Source: Oscillospiraceae bacterium
GTDB taxonomy: Bacteria; Bacillota; Clostridia; Oscillospirales; Ruminococcaceae
Direction: 5' to 3'
Length of the DNA: 64,000 nt
NCBI GenBank assembly: GCA_018110985.1
Contig: JAGAWT010000031.1
Location: 88,491-152,490, forward strand
The notes under the pieces are model-generated. The model was not told the origin of the DNA. It saw nothing but the letters and a program-made list of their open reading frames with translations, and ran no database searches. Positions 37,213 to 46,870 of this stretch are shown here, one piece after another. Within the stretch, counting starts at the first letter, position 1. The number at the start of each line of letters is the position of its first letter. Position numbers and translations under genes: made by a program.

Positions 37213-38187
37213 TCACAGAGCATCTTCCGTCTGAGCAATGATCTCACAGCGGATCTCAAGGGACTGCTTGTTGCTCACATGGGTGGTGGGGCGATCAAGG
37301 TCGGATCTCCAGACATAGAGTATCTCGCAGCCTGTAAATTCCATACCTGCAAATATCCTGCGCTCATCGGGTGTGGTATTCTCCCCCAGTTTCAGGGAAC
37401 GGACGGGGGTAACATGGATAGCATCATATTCCGCCAGCACCTCTTCGATGTTGAAGTACGGGTGCTGCACTCCGAAGGAATCGGGGACCCCCTTCTGCCT
37501 TACGGATGCAAATACCTTCGGGAAGGAAAGAGGATCGTCAAGGCAGATGATGCCTGCTCTGTCGGCAGTCACATCTCCTGCGGCTATCCACTTGTTGAGA
37601 AGGTAGTTCATTTCTCTGAGACCCGTTTTCCCCTCCGGATCCTCCGTGCTCTGCTCGATGTTCCCCTTGCTGATGCCCGGGTAGGTAAAGGCATAGTTGA
37701 AGGTGCAGTGCCTGTTCTGGAGCCTTCCGCACTCACAGCCTATAAGGTAGCAGAGCTCATCCTGATTGAATTCCTCTGCTATGTCGGCAGTAAGGACGAT
37801 GGTAGGCTCAATGCCGTCTCCCGTAAGGGAGAATATCTCCGGCACCTCTCCCGCCTTGTGTACAAGGACGGAGGGAAGAGATATCTGCAGCCTGTCGCTG
37901 CACTTCTTTGCACAGTCATATGCCTTTGCAAAAAGCATGGAGCTGGCAGTGTCGGAGGTGGAAAAGTATTTCTTGAATCTTGTGGGGATGTCGGTGCTGT
38001 TTATGGCTTTGTAGAGCCTTGACCAGCCGGAAACACCGTTGAGCTTCTGGCGCAGAGCAAAGTCCGCATCAAAGGCATAGTCCAGCGTTCCTCCCACAAC
38101 ATGCTCCTGATAAGATCTTGTCCTTTGCTCCAGGTAGTCTGCAAAGGATGTATTTATGGAGAGCAGCGGGTTATTGGATATACTCAT
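37213..38187 (-). CDS. Hypothetical protein between the two DLP genes, possibly a degenerate M48-like metallopeptidase fold lacking the HExxH histidines
   Basis: Segment LIGCECGRLQNRH resembles the M48 block AHELGH..NRD, with H-to-C and H-to-R substitutions. A downstream ADRAG resembles the third-ligand region. This is a weak, by-eye assignment. Confidence 0.45.
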   Translation of the reverse strand: MSISNNPLLSINTSFADYLEQRTRSYQEHVVGGTLDYAFDADFALRQKLNGVSGWSRLYKAINSTDIPTRFKKYFSTSDTASSMLFAKAYDCAKKCSDRLQISLPSVLVHKAGEVPEIFSLTGDGIEPTIVLTADIAEEFNQDELCYLIGCECGRLQNRHCTFNYAFTYPGISKGNIEQSTEDPEGKTGLREMNYLLNKWIAAGDVTADRAGIICLDDPLSFPKVFASVRQKGVPDSFGVQHPYFNIEEVLAEYDAIHVTPVRSLKLGENTTPDERRIFAGMEFTGCEILYVWRSDLDRPTTHVSNKQSLEIRCEIIAQTEDAL

Positions 38188-38203
38188 GCTTCATGCCCTC
38201 CCA

Positions 38204-40285
38204 TCACTCATCCGAAAGAATATCGGTAAGAGCCTTGTGGAGGTTGTAGGTATTTGCGAGCATCCCGCCGACATTTTCCGCTATATTCTGGAGTCTGACT
38301 CTTTCGTTGTCAGACATTTCCTTCTGCTGCTGTTTTCTTTCATTGAGTTCGTCAAGGGTCTTCTGTGTATCTTTGAGGATGATCTCTGTCTCTGTCTCTA
38401 TCTGGTTTTTCAGTCCCGTGAAGGAATTGTATACCTGCTGTCTTACGGATTCGGAGAAGTCGGAATTTATCTTCATCTCATGGAACTGTTTCTTGACGGA
38501 GGTCTTGAAGGACTGCTTGAACTTTTCTATCCTCTCGTCCACAAGGAACTTGTCAACGGCAAACTTGCCCGTAAAGGTGCCTGCAAAGCCTGCAAGAGCC
38601 ATAAGGCATATGCCTGCGGGCGTGAGGAAGGCGCCTCCCACGATGGTGGTGACCAGCAGGAAAGAAGTTGCGAGCCATGTGGTAAGGCCTGTAAGACCGC
38701 CCAGCAGAGCGCCCTTTACTCCTGCCTCCCTGAAGCCTATGAACAGTCCTCCTATACCGCCGGAACCGATAACGGAGCCTATGATGGAATCCGTTACGCC
38801 GCCCTGCCTCTGACGCTTGGAGGGCTCCACGGAGAACAGCTCCTGGATGCGGTTCAGGGATTCAAAGAACTCGTCCTGGAAGGACTGGAGGCGCACTGCT
38901 TCCTCCGACAGACCAACGTTTATGTCGTTCTGGATCTGCTCACAGATAAGCTGTGCCTTGTTCTCAATGTTTTCCTTTATCTTGAGGGTGAGCTTTTCAT
39001 AGACCACCTTCATCTTCTCACGCTTGAGATCCTCAGCCGCCATGGGATAGTCGTCTATGACCTGCATGGCAGTTTCCTCTATCTTCACCCAGTACTCGTC
39101 AAGAATGGGCTGCAGCTTTTCAAAGACCTCGTTGGCAGCGTTGTTTATGCGCACGAACTCCTCACGCTTTTTGGTGCGGATGTCCTCGATCTCCTCTATG
39201 GCGAGCTGGTACTTTTCAAGGAACTCATCCGTTTCCATCATAAGCGCATTTTCATGGATAACGATGGAGTTTATTATCTCCGAACCGGAGGATATTATCT
39301 TGTTTGCAAGGATCTGGAGGGTAATGGAGCCTCTTTCCTTTGTGAGCATGGTCTCAAGCACGTTCTCAAAGGTGGGGAAATTACTTTCCTCCAGCATAGC
39401 CATATCGTTGTTGGTCTTGGCAACAAGGGCTTTCTTGGCGTAGATGCCTATTACCTTGGGCTTTCCTATCTTCCTCTTGTAGACAGCGAATTCCTTGGAG
39501 CTTTCGCCCATGACCTTCTTCGCCTTGTCCATGACATAGCTGCTGATACGCTTTTCTACTGTCTCTACTATCCTTTCCTCGTCGCTCTTTGCAAAGGTGC
39601 CGAAACAGTTTACCGCAAAGATGATGCGTCCCAGGTCGGAGGTGAGCATCTTGTTTTCAAGGAAATCCTTCTCGAACTGGGAGAAGGGGGAATTTGCGCT
39701 GATGACGAACACAGCCGCATCTATTTTCGGCAGTATGGACATGGTGACATTGGTCATCTGTTCATCGTCGTTCAGACCCGGTGTGTCTATGATATCAACA
39801 TTGTTGCGGCAGAATTCCGTATCGTAGTAGATAGTCGCCTCTCTTACGGTCTCCGCCTTTTTCTCCGATTCAAAGGAGAGCTTGGTAACATAGTCCGCAA
39901 GGCGGTCTATGGCTACCCTTTCCTCCGTACCGTCCTTGTACTCCACCATTACATAGGGTTCTTCGCTGTAGGTGACACGGTTGAGGGTAGCTGTTGCAGG
40001 CAGTACGTCCGCAGGGAGCACCTCCTGACCAAGAAGAGCATTTATGAGCGTGCTTTTCCCTCGCTTGAACTCGCCTACTATAGCCACGGCAAAGTGCTCG
40101 TCGGCTGTTTTATCGATTATCTCGGCAATGGAATCAGCAGTGTTATCAAGATTCAGTGAACGCGCATAATCCTCAAGCTGTGCCAAAGACTCGGACAGCT
40201 CGAGCACCGTGTCACGGAAGGTTGAATAGCTTGAAAAATCGTAGCCTGAAGCCTGTTCCATTTTAGACCTCCTCTTTACGGACAT
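38204..40285 (-). CDS. Bacterial dynamin-like GTPase (DLP) with a glycine-zipper membrane paddle
   Basis: G1 GEFKRGKST, G3 DTPG, and a hydrophobic Gly-rich segment near residues 500-590. SD AAGAGGAGG. Confidence 0.8.
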   Translation of the reverse strand: MSVKRRSKMEQASGYDFSSYSTFRDTVLELSESLAQLEDYARSLNLDNTADSIAEIIDKTADEHFAVAIVGEFKRGKSTLINALLGQEVLPADVLPATATLNRVTYSEEPYVMVEYKDGTEERVAIDRLADYVTKLSFESEKKAETVREATIYYDTEFCRNNVDIIDTPGLNDDEQMTNVTMSILPKIDAAVFVISANSPFSQFEKDFLENKMLTSDLGRIIFAVNCFGTFAKSDEERIVETVEKRISSYVMDKAKKVMGESSKEFAVYKRKIGKPKVIGIYAKKALVAKTNNDMAMLEESNFPTFENVLETMLTKERGSITLQILANKIISSGSEIINSIVIHENALMMETDEFLEKYQLAIEEIEDIRTKKREEFVRINNAANEVFEKLQPILDEYWVKIEETAMQVIDDYPMAAEDLKREKMKVVYEKLTLKIKENIENKAQLICEQIQNDINVGLSEEAVRLQSFQDEFFESLNRIQELFSVEPSKRQRQGGVTDSIIGSVIGSGGIGGLFIGFREAGVKGALLGGLTGLTTWLATSFLLVTTIVGGAFLTPAGICLMALAGFAGTFTGKFAVDKFLVDERIEKFKQSFKTSVKKQFHEMKINSDFSESVRQQVYNSFTGLKNQIETETEIILKDTQKTLDELNERKQQQKEMSDNERVRLQNIAENVGGMLANTYNLHKALTDILSDE

Positions 40286-40366
40286 ACCGGGTGAAATTGC
40301 CTTTCGGGCATAAATACTTACTATCTATCAAAAGTCAAAATTAACAATATTTTCACATATAAAGTA

Positions 40367-40396
40367 ATTATAGCATAATTCCCGCTTTAAAGTCAA
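40367..40396 (-). promoter_or_regulatory. Sigma-70-like promoter for the DLP operon (TTGACT, 18-nt spacer, TATAAT)
   Basis: Read on the minus strand: -35 at 40396-40391 and -10 at 40372-40367. Confidence 0.5.
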
Positions 40397-40477
40397 TTTA
40401 ATATGTGACGATATAATCATGTATTTTTTAGGCAGATTTCACAAAATCAGACTGTTTACTATACCGCCCTTTGAAGC

Positions 40478-41596
40478 TCAGATCTCCCTGAAGTTCCCCA
40501 GAAATCTGAAATAGCTCATGGTGCCTTCCAGGTCGTCAAGGAGCGCAGCCACCTTGCGGTTTGTATAGGAGCCCTTGAAATCGAGGAAGAAACGGACATC
40601 AAAATCCTGCCCCGCAATGGGCATACTGACTATCTTCGTAAGGTTGAGCCCGTTTACCGCAAACTTGGTAAGGGTGCGGTAAAGTCCGCCGGGGGTATGG
40701 GGAGCGTTGAAGGCGATGCTTATGGTATCGGCATCGGGAGGCGATGAAAAGTTCTTTGAGAAGCAGACAAAGCGGGTGAAATTGGGATAGGCATCCGCAG
40801 CCCTTTCCTCAACTATCTTCAGCCCCATTTTCCTTGCACAGTCCCCGGAGCAGATACAGCCGATGGTGTCATCGGTGGAATCTGCCACCATACGGGCAGC
40901 AACGGCGGTGTTGGAATATTCCGCAACGCTCAGCCCCATTTTCTTTATGAAGCCCGCACACTGGGCAAGAGCCTCCTTTTTGGAGTAGACCTTTGTGACC
41001 TTTGAGGGGTCTGTGCCTTCCTTTACCGCAAAGCAGTGCTGTATCTCCACACGCACCACGCAGTTTATGTACATATGGGAGGAGGCAAGAAGACTGTAGG
41101 TCTCCTCTATGGTGCCCACATTTGAGTTTTCAAGAGCCAGCAGTCCGAAATCCGCTCTGTCGTTCTCCACCAGATCCAGCACATCCGGGAATGTGGCTGC
41201 AAAGCGTATGGACTTGTCCTCTCCGAATAGCTTTATGCACGCCTTCTCGGAGTAGGCACCGCTCATGCCCTGACACGCCACCACCTGTGCATTTTCCGGA
41301 GCAAAGACCCTCGGCGCCTTGAACGTCTTTCCCCTTGCCAGCTCCTCGGACTGCAGCACCTTGCTTATGTCCATCATGTTTGAAAAGAGTATGGCGGAGG
41401 AATCCGCAAGGTATGAGGGGGAGCCGAGGCGGACCTTGTTTATTATCTCCGCCTCACGGTTGGAATTGAGGACAGGCAGCTTGTTTTCGTTCTTGTAGCG
41501 TGCTATGTCCCTGCATATGTCCATCCTGCGTTCAAAAAGCTCCAGTATCTTGTCGTCTATACTGTCGATCTCATTTCTCAGTTCTTTTATATCCAT
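40478..41596 (-). CDS. pheA: Bifunctional chorismate mutase / prephenate dehydratase
   Basis: N-terminal CM_2 domain, PDT domain, C-terminal ACT domain. Confidence 0.85.
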   Translation of the reverse strand: MDIKELRNEIDSIDDKILELFERRMDICRDIARYKNENKLPVLNSNREAEIINKVRLGSPSYLADSSAILFSNMMDISKVLQSEELARGKTFKAPRVFAPENAQVVACQGMSGAYSEKACIKLFGEDKSIRFAATFPDVLDLVENDRADFGLLALENSNVGTIEETYSLLASSHMYINCVVRVEIQHCFAVKEGTDPSKVTKVYSKKEALAQCAGFIKKMGLSVAEYSNTAVAARMVADSTDDTIGCICSGDCARKMGLKIVEERAADAYPNFTRFVCFSKNFSSPPDADTISIAFNAPHTPGGLYRTLTKFAVNGLNLTKIVSMPIAGQDFDVRFFLDFKGSYTNRKVAALLDDLEGTMSYFRFLGNFREI

Positions 41597-41607
41597 TGGT
41601 TTTTCCT

Positions 41608-42855
41608 TTATTCAAAAGCATTTTCAAGTACAGTAAATGATGCCGTGCCGTCGGCATTTGCGGTGATCCCGATCCTCACTCCCATGGGCAGGAACATATT
41701 GTCCTCCCCGTGTCCTGCGGGAAGCCCCATGATACAGGGCTTTTTCACCCTTTTTGCAAAGTCTCTCAGCACCTTTTCCACAGCCTTTTCGTCCGAATCT
41801 CCGCAGTCGGTGAATTCTCCGAAAACGATACCGTCTGCCCTGTCCGTAAGCCCGTTTTCCTCAAGACGGCGCAGCATGGAATCTATGCTGTCCGCATCCT
41901 CATGAACATCTTCCAGCAGGAGTATGCAGTGATCCCCCTCTATGCCGTAGGCTGTATCCATCAGCCTTACCGCACAGCTGAGGTTCCCGCCCACCAGCCG
42001 TCCTTCCGCCTCTCCCCTGTACAGGGTCCTGAGAGCTGTCCCTGCGGGACATTCCGCATCACCTGCGGTATCCTCATTCTTTATGCCCTCAAAAAACTGC
42101 CTTTCCGTGTACTCCGTATGGGGATAAACGAAATTGTATATCATGGAGCCGTGAACGGTAACAAGGCCGCACCTTTCAAAAAGGGCAGAGTGGAGGAAGG
42201 TTATGTCGCTGAATCCTATGAACATCTTCGGATGCTGCTTTATAAGCTCGTAGTCCAGCAGATCAAGGATATCCTTTGCACCCGCTCCCCCTCTGAGACA
42301 GAGGATGGCATCAACATCATCATCCGCAAAGAAGCCGTTCAGCTCCTCCGCCCGCTGTGCGGGAGTACCCGCAAAGCCGTTGTCCCTCAGATAGCAGCAC
42401 TTTCCTACCTTTACCCTGTAGCCCCTGTTTTCGAGCATTTCCACCACAGGCTGAAAGTCATCCTCTATATACCTTGAAGGGGCAGCGATGGCAATGGTGT
42501 CGCCCTTTTTCAGTGCTGCGGGCTTTAACACCCTGCGGGTCTTCACCACGGCTCTGAAATTATATATCTTCGCCTTTGTGCCCGCCTTTCTGACCATGAG
42601 CTTCAGGCTCGTATCCTTCTCAAAGCGCAGCTTTTCTCCCCTGTATTCCGGGGACAGCTTTGTGGGAGTGCTACCGTCTGCGGTGTAGTTTACGACCGCA
42701 CCCTCGGGTATGACGAACCACACAAGCGTGTAGCCGTCCCGCCTGCTCGAATGGCTTTCCGGCTTGGGCGCATACCCCTTTGCGGCAGCCTTCGGAGCAA
42801 AGCACATCACCAGACCTGTCACCAGAAGCAGCAGGAGCATTATCCTTCTTTTCAT
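41608..42855 (-). CDS. Secreted LD-carboxypeptidase (peptidase S66, LdcA/MccF-like) with an N-terminal extension
   Basis: Start is MKRRIMLLLLL at 42855 (ATGA overlap with the speE stop). Nucleophile motif GFSDITFLH. Confidence 0.75.
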   Translation of the reverse strand: MKRRIMLLLLLVTGLVMCFAPKAAAKGYAPKPESHSSRRDGYTLVWFVIPEGAVVNYTADGSTPTKLSPEYRGEKLRFEKDTSLKLMVRKAGTKAKIYNFRAVVKTRRVLKPAALKKGDTIAIAAPSRYIEDDFQPVVEMLENRGYRVKVGKCCYLRDNGFAGTPAQRAEELNGFFADDDVDAILCLRGGAGAKDILDLLDYELIKQHPKMFIGFSDITFLHSALFERCGLVTVHGSMIYNFVYPHTEYTERQFFEGIKNEDTAGDAECPAGTALRTLYRGEAEGRLVGGNLSCAVRLMDTAYGIEGDHCILLLEDVHEDADSIDSMLRRLEENGLTDRADGIVFGEFTDCGDSDEKAVEKVLRDFAKRVKKPCIMGLPAGHGEDNMFLPMGVRIGITANADGTASFTVLENAFE

Positions 42856-43691
42856 CCCAGTTCCTTCAAAACATAGTTGGGGAGAGCAAAAGAGCCCTTG
42901 TGCAGTGCCGTATTGTAGTAGCGGGTCTCTATGCCCAGAGCGTTCCACCTTTCCTCGTCAAATTCCAGAGGAGACAGTCCCTTTGAGGCAAAGCCGAAAA
43001 GCCAGTGCCCCGACGGGTAGGTGGGGATGTGTACCTGATACACATAGGCACATTCAAAATTGTCCTCTATGCGCTTGTGGGCACGCCTCATGTTTTTGGC
43101 ATCCTCTTCATAATAGGGGCTTTCGTGCTGGTTCACAAGTATGCCATTGTCTGTCAGTGCCTTGTAGCAGTTTCCGTAAAATTCTCCGGTGAAAAGCCCC
43201 TCTCCCGGTCCGAAGGGGTCGGTGCTGTCCACAATGATAAGGTCATATTGGTTTTCACAGCGGCGCACGAAGCGCAGACCGTCCTCATAGTGGATATTCA
43301 CCCTGAGATCGGACAGCTTGCAGGCAGTGCGGGGGATATACTTGCGGCAGACATTCACCACTTCCTCGTCTATCTCCACCATGTCAATGTGCTCTATGCT
43401 GTCATAGCGTGTAAGCTCTCTCACCGTGCCCCCGTCTCCGGCACCTATGACAAGGACATTTTTTATATCCGGGTTCACCGCCATGGGCACATGGGTTATC
43501 ATTTCGTGATAGATGAATTCATCCTTTTCCGTAAGCATCATGATGCCGTCAAGAGTGAGGAACCTGCCAAACTCCGGACTGTCGAAAACATCTATCCTCT
43601 GGTATTCGCTCTGCCCCGAGTAAAGCTGTTCGTTTACCCTGATGGAGAGCTTTGTGTTTTTGGTGTGGTATTCACTGAACCATAGTTCCAT
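42852..43691 (-). CDS. speE: Spermidine synthase
   Basis: Full-length SpeE (VLVIGAGDGG, D..D catalytic residues). Confidence 0.9.
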   Translation of the reverse strand: MELWFSEYHTKNTKLSIRVNEQLYSGQSEYQRIDVFDSPEFGRFLTLDGIMMLTEKDEFIYHEMITHVPMAVNPDIKNVLVIGAGDGGTVRELTRYDSIEHIDMVEIDEEVVNVCRKYIPRTACKLSDLRVNIHYEDGLRFVRRCENQYDLIIVDSTDPFGPGEGLFTGEFYGNCYKALTDNGILVNQHESPYYEEDAKNMRRAHKRIEDNFECAYVYQVHIPTYPSGHWLFGFASKGLSPLEFDEERWNALGIETRYYNTALHKGSFALPNYVLKELG

Positions 43692-43706
43692 AATATACTC
43701 CGTTTT

Positions 43707-44198
43707 CTACTTAATGTACACATCCCATGTACCGTCTTTTCTCTCGCAGATGATCTCCTGTGAATCAAGCACGAACATGACCCTGTCCTTTGAGGCTACA
43801 CAGGTATTGATACCCGCATACTCGCCTATATCCAGCTTCCTTGCCCTTTCGGCAGTTTCTGCCGACACCTTCAGTTCACTTCCCCGGGGACCCGTAAAGC
43901 TCACTGTCCTCCCGGATGAGGAAACGAATATGCTCAGCACTGCCTTGTCCTCTGAGGTCCCGGCATCGGCTGCCGCCCTTGACACCAGCTTCATTAGCTC
44001 GTCGGAGGTGCGGGTGACGGAAGACCTGTTCTCACTCACATAGCTTTCGGCTTTTTTCCGTGCCTTCGGGTCGTCTCCCATCTGCCACCCCTTATAGGTA
44101 ACGCCTATGACAGCGGCTGCTATCGCCAGACATATAACCGTGTAAATGACCGCCGCCTTTGTGCCGAAGACCTTTTCTATGATATATGCTGCATTCAT
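43707..44198 (-). CDS. Membrane-anchored hypothetical protein
   Basis: N-terminal TM, no recognisable domain. Lies between speA and speE. Confidence 0.5.
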   Translation of the reverse strand: MNAAYIIEKVFGTKAAVIYTVICLAIAAAVIGVTYKGWQMGDDPKARKKAESYVSENRSSVTRTSDELMKLVSRAAADAGTSEDKAVLSIFVSSSGRTVSFTGPRGSELKVSAETAERARKLDIGEYAGINTCVASKDRVMFVLDSQEIICERKDGTWDVYIK

Positions 44199-44217
44199 TG
44201 ACGATACCCGCCCATGT

Positions 44218-45666
44218 CTACTTTATGACCTTGATGTACTCTATGTTCATGTCCTCCGTGCCGGTCATAAAGCAGCCCCTTTTCTTGGAAAAGTCTATGT
44301 TTTCAAGTATTTCGGGAGTGAGCCTTTCCCCGGGTGCGATTATGGGTATGCCAGGAGGGTAGCACATAACGAATTCGCAGGAAATGCGCCCTGCGCTCTC
44401 CATTATGGGGACTCTTTCCTGTTCTCCGTAAAAGGCTTCTTTCGGTGACAAGACTATGTCGGGGTTTATGTATTCATGGTCGAGGGGGGCGATTGATTCA
44501 TGGCCGTAGCGCCTTTTTATCTCTGCCAGAGCGGACACAAGGCGTTCTATGTCCTTCCACTTGTCACCGGGGGACATAATGGCAAGGACATTCCCTATGT
44601 CTCCCAGCTCCATCTGTATGTCAAAGGAATCCCTGAGACGGTCATAGACCTCTATGCCTGTAAGACCCATTTCACGGGTATAGACCGAGAGCTTTGTCTT
44701 GTCGAAGGCGAAAATGTTGTCGCCGTTCACCAGTTCATCCGAATAGGCGTAATAGCCGCCTATACGGTTTATCTCCGCCCTTGCGTACTCAGCGGAGCGC
44801 AGCACGGAGGCGCAAAGCTCCCGCCCTTTGGTGGCATAGTATTTTCTTGCTATATCAAGGGAGGACAGCAGCAGGTAGGAGCCGCTGGTGGTCTGGGTAA
44901 GGTTTATGGTAGCACGCACAAATCCCTCGGAGATACCCGCATTTTTCCCCACAAGGAGAAAAGAGGACTGGGTAAGGGAGCCGCCTGTCTTGTGCATTGA
45001 TACAGCCGCCATATCCGCTCCCGCAGTCATGGCAGAGGGGGGCATTTTCTCACCGAAATAGAGGTGTGTGCCGTGAGCCTCGTCCGCCAGCACCTTCATC
45101 CCCTTTTTGTGGGCGTATTTGGTGATGCGCACCAGGTCGGAGCAAATGCCGTAGTAGGTGGGGTTGTTCACAAACACCGCCTTTGCATCCGGGTTGTCGT
45201 CTATCGCCTTTTTCACATCCGCAAAGCTCATTCCAAGCGGTATGCCCAGTCTGCGGTCTACTCCCGGATCCACATACACAGGTATGACACCGCTGATTAT
45301 CATGGCGTTTATGGCGCTGCGGTGCACATTTCTGGGTATTATTATCTTTTCACCCTCACGGCAGACCGTAAGTATCATGGTCTGCACCGAGGATGTGGTG
45401 CCGTTTACCATAAAAAAAGCCAGCCCTGCCCCGAATGCACGGGCAGCCAGTTCCTCCGCCTCCCTTATGACAGAAACGGGATGGCAAAGGTTGTCAAGCG
45501 GCTTCATGGAATTGACATCCACATTCATGCAGGTCTGACCCAGAAACTCCGTAAGCTCGGGGTTCCCCTTTCCGTGCTTGTGACCCGGAACATCAAAGGG
45601 CACGACCCTCATGTCGTTATATTCTTTCAGTGCCTCATATATGGGCGCTCTGTTCTGATCGTACAC
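44218..45666 (-). CDS. speA: Arginine decarboxylase (Orn/Lys/Arg decarboxylase family, B. subtilis SpeA-type)
   Basis: PFDVPGHKHG motif and a PLP fold-I major domain. Start reassigned to GTG at 45666, with AAAGGAG 8 nt upstream. Confidence 0.8.
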   Translation of the reverse strand: MYDQNRAPIYEALKEYNDMRVVPFDVPGHKHGKGNPELTEFLGQTCMNVDVNSMKPLDNLCHPVSVIREAEELAARAFGAGLAFFMVNGTTSSVQTMILTVCREGEKIIIPRNVHRSAINAMIISGVIPVYVDPGVDRRLGIPLGMSFADVKKAIDDNPDAKAVFVNNPTYYGICSDLVRITKYAHKKGMKVLADEAHGTHLYFGEKMPPSAMTAGADMAAVSMHKTGGSLTQSSFLLVGKNAGISEGFVRATINLTQTTSGSYLLLSSLDIARKYYATKGRELCASVLRSAEYARAEINRIGGYYAYSDELVNGDNIFAFDKTKLSVYTREMGLTGIEVYDRLRDSFDIQMELGDIGNVLAIMSPGDKWKDIERLVSALAEIKRRYGHESIAPLDHEYINPDIVLSPKEAFYGEQERVPIMESAGRISCEFVMCYPPGIPIIAPGERLTPEILENIDFSKKRGCFMTGTEDMNIEYIKVIK

Positions 45667-45836
45667 CGTCAGGACTCCTTTTTGATGATTGGAAGCAGGG
45701 CGGGAGAAAAGAAAAATGACATCTGATACGGACAGCCTCCCCCACCATATGATTATACAGCGTTTCAGAGTGAATGTCAAGATACAAACTCCCGCAAAAA
45801 AGCAAGGAGACCTTACAGCCTCCTTGCCCGTTTGTC

Positions 45837-46316
45837 CTATTTTTCTTTTGAGCGGTGCTCCGCATATGAACGCCGCTTCGCATACTCCCTCATGGGCAGC
45901 CTTGTAGGCTCGGACAGCTCAGGAAGTGAGTCTAAGGAGAAAAACCCAAGCTCCGTCACTTCCTCCGGCTGGCATTTCAGCTCCCCGCTGTACCTGCGGC
46001 AGATGTAGACCACATCTATGGTGCTGACCTCATCTCCGTTGGGGTAGGTGTAGTGGAGCTCCTCTCCGGAGTACACTCCCAGCAGCTCCAGTTCCTCCGC
46101 TGTAAGACCGCATTCCTCCAGAAGCTCCCGCTTTGCGGCGTCCTCCACCTTTTCAAAAAGCTCCACGGCACCGCCGGAATAGCTCCACTTCCCGTTGTCC
46201 TTTCTCTTCTGGAGAAGTATCTCCCCCTGCTCGTTCTCCACTATGACAGAGGCACTGGCATGGATGATAGGGGCGTGACCCACCAGCTTTCTCAGATCTG
46301 ATATATAGCCCATCAC
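45837..46316 (-). CDS. NUDIX hydrolase
   Basis: Nudix box GGAVELFEKVEDAAKRELLEECG. Confidence 0.75.
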   Translation of the reverse strand: MMGYISDLRKLVGHAPIIHASASVIVENEQGEILLQKRKDNGKWSYSGGAVELFEKVEDAAKRELLEECGLTAEELELLGVYSGEELHYTYPNGDEVSTIDVVYICRRYSGELKCQPEEVTELGFFSLDSLPELSEPTRLPMREYAKRRSYAEHRSKEK

Positions 46317-46855
46317 ACAAATCTCGCTATCTCATCGACAGTGTACTTGGGAGGTGCGGAAGGTGTCCCGTCGGGAACGCCCACAGCGATAAGGCACAGA
46401 ATCTCCTCATCCTCCGGCAGGGATACTATATCCGCTATGGCATCATAGTCGATGATGCCCATTATCACGGTGCCAAGACCCTCTGCATAGGCTGCAAGAG
46501 AGATATTCTGTGCGGCAAGACCTCCGTCAAAGAAGGTGTAGCCATCACCGCAGCGTGTGGACGGGGTACCGTCGGGTTCAAAGCCCGCCCTGCCTTTTAC
46601 GGCAGACTGGACTATAACGGCAGCCGCTCCGCCTATTATGCCGGAATTATGCGCCATACCGAAGGCACCTTTTTCCGAAAGGCGTGCTATAACGGCTTTG
46701 TCCGTCACCACCGTGAAGCGGGGCGTGCGGGTATTCTTCCAGGAAGGCACCTTTGTGGCGGAATCTATCAGCTTTACCAGCTTTTCACGGGGGACCTCAT
46801 CCCCTGTGAACCTTCTTACGGTGCGCCTGCCCGCTATTGCCTCATAAAGTTCCAT
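46313..46855 (-). CDS. Nitroreductase-family protein
   Basis: N-terminal RRTVRRF motif, ~180 aa. Confidence 0.75.
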   Translation of the reverse strand: MELYEAIAGRRTVRRFTGDEVPREKLVKLIDSATKVPSWKNTRTPRFTVVTDKAVIARLSEKGAFGMAHNSGIIGGAAAVIVQSAVKGRAGFEPDGTPSTRCGDGYTFFDGGLAAQNISLAAYAEGLGTVIMGIIDYDAIADIVSLPEDEEILCLIAVGVPDGTPSAPPKYTVDEIARFV

Positions 46856-46870
46856 AAGACACCTCTCCTC

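Noticed and set aside
38156-40159. 667-aa plus-strand ORF (and the 35410-36174 ORF)
   Set aside because: Antisense to the dynamin-like GTPase genes, whose G1/G3 motifs define the real frame.
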